Below are positions 57,155 to 64,000 of a DNA stretch of 64,000 bases, one piece after another. The translations under genes and the position numbers were made by a program. The stretch comes from Nitrospiraceae bacterium. Lineage in GTDB: Bacteria; Nitrospirota; Nitrospiria; Nitrospirales; Nitrospiraceae. Numbering within the stretch: position 1 is the stretch's first letter; each line of letters opens with the position of its first letter. The stretch spans positions 288,001 to 352,000 of the forward strand of contig JBFWWG010000001.1 of the NCBI GenBank assembly GCA_050246315.1, written 5' to 3'. The notes under the pieces were generated by a model, which saw only the letters and a program-made list of their open reading frames with translations, had not been told where the DNA came from and ran no database searches.

Positions 57155-57916
57155 TCAACGCGCGCAATACCCGCCGTCCGGCGTGAGGGTTTGCCCGACC
57201 ATGAAGCCGGCGCCGGGCGAACAGAGCCACAGCACGGCGGAAGCGATTTCGTCGACCGTGCCCATGCGGCCAAGCGGGATGTCGGCGATGACCGCGTCCA
57301 TGCGGCCCGGCTCGCGTTCCATCAGGCCCGTGACCAGCGGTGTCTCCGTCGTGCCGGGACAGATCGCATTGATGCGGATGCCTTTTCGCGCGTACTCCAG
57401 CCCGGCAGCCTTGGTCAGCCCGATCACTCCGTGCTTCGAAGCGGTGTACGCGCCGAGGCCGGCGATGCCGACGAAGCCGCTTTGCGACGAGCAATTGACG
57501 ATGGCGCCGCTCCCCTGTAGCCGCATCTGACGCAATTCGTGTTTCATGCACAGGAAGGTGCCGCGCAGATTGACGGCGATGATGCGGTCAAAATCGCCGA
57601 CCTCGACATCGGCAGTGTCGGCCTGGACGACGTGAATGCCCGCATTGTTGAAGGCGTAGTCGAGCCGGCCGTATGCCGAGACCGCCTGTTGCACCATGGC
57701 GGCCGCGTCGGCTTCCACCGCGACGTCGCAGCGGACGCCGAGAGCCTTGTGCCCTGCAGCCGTAAGCTGACGCGCTGCCTCCTCCACGACGTCACCATGC
57801 ACACCGGCCAGCACAACCGCCGCGCCCGCCTCGGCGAAGGCTTTGGCGGTCGCCAGGCCGATGCCGGAGCCGGCGCCAGTAACGAGTGCCACTTTGTTTT
57901 CAAATGTGATGTTCAT
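57155..57916 (-). CDS. short-chain dehydrogenase/reductase
   Basis: TGAGSGIG, NNAGI, YTASK. Confidence 0.93.
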   Translation of the reverse strand: MNITFENKVALVTGAGSGIGLATAKAFAEAGAAVVLAGVHGDVVEEAARQLTAAGHKALGVRCDVAVEADAAAMVQQAVSAYGRLDYAFNNAGIHVVQADTADVEVGDFDRIIAVNLRGTFLCMKHELRQMRLQGSGAIVNCSSQSGFVGIAGLGAYTASKHGVIGLTKAAGLEYARKGIRINAICPGTTETPLVTGLMEREPGRMDAVIADIPLGRMGTVDEIASAVLWLCSPGAGFMVGQTLTPDGGYCAR

Positions 57917-58147
57917 CCTTCATTCCTTTTTAGATTGCGTTTGGCTCCGACGCCCAAGATCGGCATCCGCACGCCGTTGTTGATCTTCACCTTCGGCATC
58001 GCGCCGAGGCTCGTGGTCGCCTGGCTGGTGTCGCCGTTCCGCTCCGGCCTACAGCCAAGGAACGACGAAGCCACCAGCGTTCCGGCGGCGGCGATGAGAC
58101 ATTCGCGTCGTGTGGTCCTGTCGTCACACCGATGTGTTCGGTGGACA

Positions 58148-58148
<1 letters not shown>
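57913..58148 (-). pseudogene. truncated, frameshifted Tat-signal aldo/keto reductase fragment
   Basis: TTRRECLIAAAGT..LGC signal then MPKVKINNGVRMPILGVG (AKR first strand), then stop; ATG at 58148 overlapping the upstream TAA is out of frame. Confidence 0.65.
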
Positions 58149-59464
<1,316 letters not shown>

Positions 59465-59504
59465 TCAAGCTTGCTGGGGGAGGGCCGTCGCGTGCATGAC
59501 TGTG

Positions 59505-60497
59505 TCACTTGGTTGTCTTTTGTAAGGGCTTGATCGTTCCCAGCTTTGCGATGTCCTCATCGGTGCGGTTCCCGTGAATAGGAATCTTTGCAAGCTTCGC
59601 TTCGATCTGCTCCAGTTCGCTCGGAGTGATCTCCACATCTGCCGCGCCAAGATTCTCTTCGATGCGTTCGCGCTTACGGGACCCCGGAATGGGAGCCATA
59701 AAGTCTTCCTTCGCGAGCATCCAGGCCAGCGAAATCTGAGCTGGGGTCGCGCCTTTTTCCTCGGCGATGCGGTGTAGCAGATCGATGAGTGGTTGATTGG
59801 CAGCGATGTTCGCCTGATCGAATCGGGTGATCACGCGCCGCACGTCGTCGCCCTGATACCGATCGTCGGCGCGCACCCGGCCTGAAAGAAAGCCGCTGGC
59901 GAGCGGCGAAAACGGCACGAACCCGATACGGAGCTCTTTGCAGAGCGGAATGACGTCGCGTTCGAACATGCGCTCCATCATGGAGTATTCGCTTTGGACA
60001 GCCGTAACCGGAGTGACGGCGTGCGCGCGGCGGATCTCCAAAGCGGAGCACTGCGATAGTCCCCAGCCACGGATCTTCCCTTCTTCGATGAGCCATCCCA
60101 TCACCTGGGCGACATCCTCGACCGGAACCTTCGGATTGATCCGGTGCAGGTAGTAGAGCTCCACGCGATCAGTGCCCAAGCGGGTGAGCGAGGCTTCGAG
60201 GTGCTCGCGAACCTGGACGCTGACGGGGGTCTCCGTTGTGTGTTCGTCGACCCGCAATTTGGTGGCGATCACCACACTCTCACGCATAGGCTTGAGCGCT
60301 TCCCCGACCAACGCCTCGTTGTGTCCGGCCCCGTAGGCTTCCGCGGTATCGAAGTGAGTGCAGCCAAGCTCGAAGGCGTATCGAATCAACCGGATGGATT
60401 CACCGCGTTCAGGCGCGGCTCCGTAGCCGTGACTGAAGCCCATACAGCCAAAACCGATGGCGGACACCTCCAACTCTCTCAGCTTTCGGGTTTTCAT
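59505..60497 (-). CDS. aldo/keto reductase
   Basis: VSAIGFGCMG, FDTAEAYG, LYYLHR, PIPGS; RBS GGAGG. Confidence 0.93.
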   Translation of the reverse strand: MKTRKLRELEVSAIGFGCMGFSHGYGAAPERGESIRLIRYAFELGCTHFDTAEAYGAGHNEALVGEALKPMRESVVIATKLRVDEHTTETPVSVQVREHLEASLTRLGTDRVELYYLHRINPKVPVEDVAQVMGWLIEEGKIRGWGLSQCSALEIRRAHAVTPVTAVQSEYSMMERMFERDVIPLCKELRIGFVPFSPLASGFLSGRVRADDRYQGDDVRRVITRFDQANIAANQPLIDLLHRIAEEKGATPAQISLAWMLAKEDFMAPIPGSRKRERIEENLGAADVEITPSELEQIEAKLAKIPIHGNRTDEDIAKLGTIKPLQKTTK

Positions 60498-60558
60498 GCC
60501 TATCCTCCTCTCTTGATTCACATCGCTTTCGAATTCCTTGCATCCATTGCATCTTGAT

Positions 60559-60829
60559 CTATGGGCGCAACAGCGCCTTGATCGCGCGGCGTTCGTCCAT
60601 GGCACAGTAGCCCTCCGCCACTTGGTCCAGGGGCAGGATCAGGTCGAACACCTTGCCCGGGTTGATCCTCCCGTTTAGCACCAAGTCGATCAGCTTGGGC
60701 AGATAGCGCCGCACGGGTACGGGTCCGCCGTGCAGATGGGCGTACGCGTAGAACAATTGCTCACCGTTCAGTTCAACTTCGTGCGGCACGCCGACATAGC
60801 TGACATATCCGCCTGGACGCGCGGAGCGG
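60559..60829 (-). pseudogene. duplicated 3' end (~270 bp) of the Zn-dependent dehydrogenase gene
   Basis: Direct repeat of 61355-61625 at offset 796 bp with scattered substitutions. Confidence 0.85.
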
Positions 60830-60867
60830 TCGTGGAATGGCACATGGTTGCTTCCGACTCACTCCCC

Positions 60868-61278
60868 TCATCCCGGAAGAATGGCGGTAACGCGGATCTC
60901 GACCCGCATCTTCGGATCGCCGAGGGCAGCGACTCCCAGGCAGGTCCAGACGGGGGCGTGGTCGGGCATGTAGTGACGAAACCGCTCGGTCATGGCCTGG
61001 TTGATTTCCTCTTGATGCCCGTCGAATCCCACGTGGTAAGAGTTTACATGGATTACGTGCTCCCAACCCGCGCCGGCAAGAGCCAACGTTCGCTCGACAT
61101 TGCGGAACGCCTGAGCGATCTCGTCTGTTATCGACTCGGGGAACTCCCAGTCGTCGTTCCAGCCGCCCTGACCTGCGGTCTCGACTCGGTTGCCGATCTT
61201 GACCGCTTGGGAATAGTGGAACAGCCTCAGGTTGCGCTCACCGTAACCGGACGTGACAAAGAATTCAGGCTTATTCAT
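60868..61278 (-). CDS. RidA/YjgF family protein
   Basis: YSQAVKIG..VETAGQGG, WTCLGVAAL..MRVEIRV; RBS GGAGG. Confidence 0.9.
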   Translation of the reverse strand: MNKPEFFVTSGYGERNLRLFHYSQAVKIGNRVETAGQGGWNDDWEFPESITDEIAQAFRNVERTLALAGAGWEHVIHVNSYHVGFDGHQEEINQAMTERFRHYMPDHAPVWTCLGVAALGDPKMRVEIRVTAILPG

Positions 61279-61354
61279 GACGGCCTCCAATCACATCCCA
61301 ACACCGATAAACCTTGTCGTCTTTTGGTTCGTTCCGGCCGCACGCCGCAAGGCC

Positions 61355-62371
61355 TTACGGGCGCAACAGTGCCTTGATCGCGCGGCGTTCGTCCATGGCA
61401 CGGTAGCCTTCCGCCACTTGGTCCAGGGGCAGGATCAGGTCGAACACCTTGCCCGGGTTGATCCTCCCGTTTAGCACCAAGTCGATCAGCTTGGGCAGGT
61501 AGCGCCGCACGGGTGCGGGACCGCCGTGCAGATGGACGTGCGCATAGAACAATTGCTCACCGTTCAGCTCGACCCCGTGCGGCAGACCAACGTAGCTGAC
61601 ATGTCCGCCTGGACGCGTGGAACGGATCGCCTGCATCATAGCTTCCTGCGTGCCGACACACTCCAAAACCGATTCCGCGCCGACGCCTTTGGTCATGTCC
61701 ATGAGGCGCTTCATCCCCTCGTCGCCGCGCTCGGCGATAATGTCGGTCGCGCCGAACTCGCGAGCGAGTTGCTGCCGCTGCTCGTGGCGACTCATCACGA
61801 TGATGCGCTCGGCCCCCATCTGTTTGGCCGAGAGCACGCCGAGCAGGCCGACCGCGCCGTCGCCCACAACCACAACGGTTGATCCAGGCTTCACGTTGGC
61901 CGCATCGGCGGCGAACCAGCCGGTCCCCAGCACGTCCGATGTCGTCAGGAGGCTCGGGACCAGGTCGTCCGATGGAACCCCCGGCGTCGGCACCAGCGTC
62001 CCGTCCGCCAGCGGCACGCGCAGTACCGGTGCCTGCGCCCGAGAGATCCACTCACGGTGCGTGCACGACGACTGGTAGCCGTACTGGCAGTTGGAACACG
62101 TGTTGTCCGACGTGGCGAACGAGCCGATGACAAACTGCCCCGGTTTAACCGAACGCACCGTCCCGCCGATCTCCTCCACGATGCCGCAGTATTCGTGCCC
62201 CATCGGCGTGGGCCTGTCGATCGGCTGCAGCCCTCGATAGGGCCACAGGTCCGACCCGCAGACGCACGTAGCGGCGAGGCGAATCACCGCATCCGTCGGC
62301 TCTTCAATTCTCGGCGATTCACGATCTTCGAAGCGAATGTCTCCGGGTCCGTAAAGTACGGTGCCTTTCAT
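61355..62371 (-). CDS. zinc-dependent alcohol dehydrogenase family protein
   Basis: CGSDL, GHEYCG, GDGAVG. Confidence 0.93.
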   Translation of the reverse strand: MKGTVLYGPGDIRFEDRESPRIEEPTDAVIRLAATCVCGSDLWPYRGLQPIDRPTPMGHEYCGIVEEIGGTVRSVKPGQFVIGSFATSDNTCSNCQYGYQSSCTHREWISRAQAPVLRVPLADGTLVPTPGVPSDDLVPSLLTTSDVLGTGWFAADAANVKPGSTVVVVGDGAVGLLGVLSAKQMGAERIIVMSRHEQRQQLAREFGATDIIAERGDEGMKRLMDMTKGVGAESVLECVGTQEAMMQAIRSTRPGGHVSYVGLPHGVELNGEQLFYAHVHLHGGPAPVRRYLPKLIDLVLNGRINPGKVFDLILPLDQVAEGYRAMDERRAIKALLRP

Positions 62372-62385
62372 GGTAGATCTCCTGA

Positions 62386-63465
62386 CTATTGTAGTTTCCC
62401 AAACATCTTCTTCATTGTTTCGCCGTCGAGGACTGCCATGTCGATCAACTTCAGCGATGTAACCATTTGCGACGTCGAAGTCTTGTAACGCTGAAAATGG
62501 GGTGAGGCGATGTGCGACTCGTAGGCGGCTTGATTCTTGTATATCTCGACGATTCTTACCTGCGTCCGGTCATCGCTGAGTGTCATTGGAAAGATACTTA
62601 CCACGCCTGGCTCGCTTTCCACGGACTTCCGTGCTTCCTCTTCAAGGATGGCCAGGTATTCGGCACGGGACTCAGGCGTGATCTGAATCTCGGAGATTCG
62701 AACGAGCATGTCGTTCTCGATGACCGGCAACTCCGGTTTTCCCATCAGATGACGGAGTTGATTGGCCTGGGTCCTGCTGACGGCGGAATCAATGAGGTCC
62801 GCTATCTGGACCAATTGCTCATCGGTGATTCCGGTGTTTCTACCGATGCCGATGTGCGACTTGAGTTGCGATCCGACACCGCCCATGGACGTCAGTGCAG
62901 CGATGGTTACCAGTTCCCGCTCCCTGTGCGTCAGTATCTTGTTGTCAAAAATGTCGGCAAACAGATGCTCCTTCAGGAAACGGTCGATTTCCGGGCTGAA
63001 TTCTCCGAATCCAGGCGCAGGTTTGGATTGCCGAACACCGGTCAGCTCCTCCAAGGTCGCTCTGCCCCGCTCATAGCGATCACCGCCGATAATGGGTTGG
63101 TGTGATCGCCCTGGCTTATCGCGCACGCCTTGCTTTTCGCGACTCTCGATCACCGCCCTGAGTGTATTGATGCCGTTAAGACTGCGGGGAAATCCACAGT
63201 ACGCATACAGCTGCTCCACGGCTGCTTTGATTTGGTTGACGGTCAGCCCCGTATCCAACCCCGCTCGAAGTGCCGTATCCAGCTCTTCAAGATTTCCGGT
63301 AGCGGTGTGTGCAGAGATGCGGATCAAGGCGATCTCCTGAGCATTCAGGGCGGTGCGGTGCTGTGCGTGGGTCTTGTCGGTCTGTGCATTCATGACATTT
63401 GCTCCAACAACGAAACATCCCAATACACTGGCAAGGAAGCCGAACATCCAACGTTTCGTGTTCAT
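62386..63465 (-). CDS. carboxymuconolactone decarboxylase/AhpD-like protein fused to an ABM monooxygenase-like domain
   Basis: QLYAYCGFPRSLN, LKEHLFADIF, RELVTIAAL; C-terminal EPGV...EIY..AYESHIASPHF. Confidence 0.85.
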   Translation of the reverse strand: MNTKRWMFGFLASVLGCFVVGANVMNAQTDKTHAQHRTALNAQEIALIRISAHTATGNLEELDTALRAGLDTGLTVNQIKAAVEQLYAYCGFPRSLNGINTLRAVIESREKQGVRDKPGRSHQPIIGGDRYERGRATLEELTGVRQSKPAPGFGEFSPEIDRFLKEHLFADIFDNKILTHRERELVTIAALTSMGGVGSQLKSHIGIGRNTGITDEQLVQIADLIDSAVSRTQANQLRHLMGKPELPVIENDMLVRISEIQITPESRAEYLAILEEEARKSVESEPGVVSIFPMTLSDDRTQVRIVEIYKNQAAYESHIASPHFQRYKTSTSQMVTSLKLIDMAVLDGETMKKMFGKLQ

Positions 63466-63986
63466 TGGTGTCCCTTGTACTGTTCGTCAGTCACCTGCTC
63501 CTTCCATACGACATTCTTGCCATCAAGTACGCCGGTGATCACAAGGTGAGTCATGGGAGCATCTGGTGTGGCACCATGCCAGTGCTCAAGGCCCGGCGGG
63601 CACCACACCGTATCACCGGTCTTGAATTGGACGATCTTCCCATCCCTCGTCCCGGTCAGGGCCACACCGGCAGTGACCATCATGTGCTGCCCTGCCGGAT
63701 GAAGATGCCAAGCGCTCCTGGCAGCCGGCTGAAAGGTGACTGAGGCTCCTGAGTAGTGGGCGGTTGGATTGGCCGGAAACAGACGTTCAACCCGAACGTC
63801 CCCGGTGAAATGTTCTTCAGATCCCTTGAAAGCGTTTTGCGGCGCAGCCCTGTACACCGTTTGCGATGCGTCACCTTCTTGGGTGACGCGGCCTGAATCG
63901 GCATGCACGGTGGATGTGCACAGCACCGATAACATCAACATCAAGACCTGTGTTTTCACCGCGTTGCTCCTTTGCAATTGAATCAA
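63462..63986 (-). CDS. cupin domain protein, probably exported (start may be GTG 63959)
   Basis: WHLHPAGQ and HWHGATP cupin motifs. Confidence 0.9.
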   Translation of the reverse strand: MIQLQRSNAVKTQVLMLMLSVLCTSTVHADSGRVTQEGDASQTVYRAAPQNAFKGSEEHFTGDVRVERLFPANPTAHYSGASVTFQPAARSAWHLHPAGQHMMVTAGVALTGTRDGKIVQFKTGDTVWCPPGLEHWHGATPDAPMTHLVITGVLDGKNVVWKEQVTDEQYKGHQ

Positions 63987-64000
63987 AACGTAATCACCTG

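Overview
GC-rich bacterial window, Nitrospira-like by gene style (inference, not verified). In order: a TetR-HlyD-ABC exporter operon; a stress cluster (nucleotidyltransferase, Fe/Mn-SOD, hemerythrin, SDR); a sigma-54 activator with an unusual N-terminus followed by three exported-protein genes, each with a -24/-12 promoter and a shared upstream element; an AraC/methyltransferase/Tat-molybdoenzyme block; an FhlA-like activator; a ~28 kb island (22.1-49.8 kb); an MBL hydrolase plus RND pump; an IS3 remnant; and an AKR/SDR/ADH/cupin oxidoreductase cluster. The island is the best candidate for an undescribed system. Its two ends are paralogous modules made of a Cys-rich PAS-LuxR regulator and secreted cupredoxins with systematically varied Cu-ligand loops, one of them nitrosocyanin-like. 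The right end also carries four copies of an unrecognised secreted helical protein. Four promoters in these modules share a tandem 20-5-20 bp palindromic operator overlapping the -35 box. The modules bracket a 2-oxoacid decarboxylase-ETF:QO-ETF operon and a convergent citrate synthase-cupredoxin-Zn ribbon-FHA protease-V/A-ATPase-acyl-CoA dehydrogenase run. Three distinct MITE types, an amber-interrupted lipoprotein gene and a 270-bp gene-end duplication are also visible.
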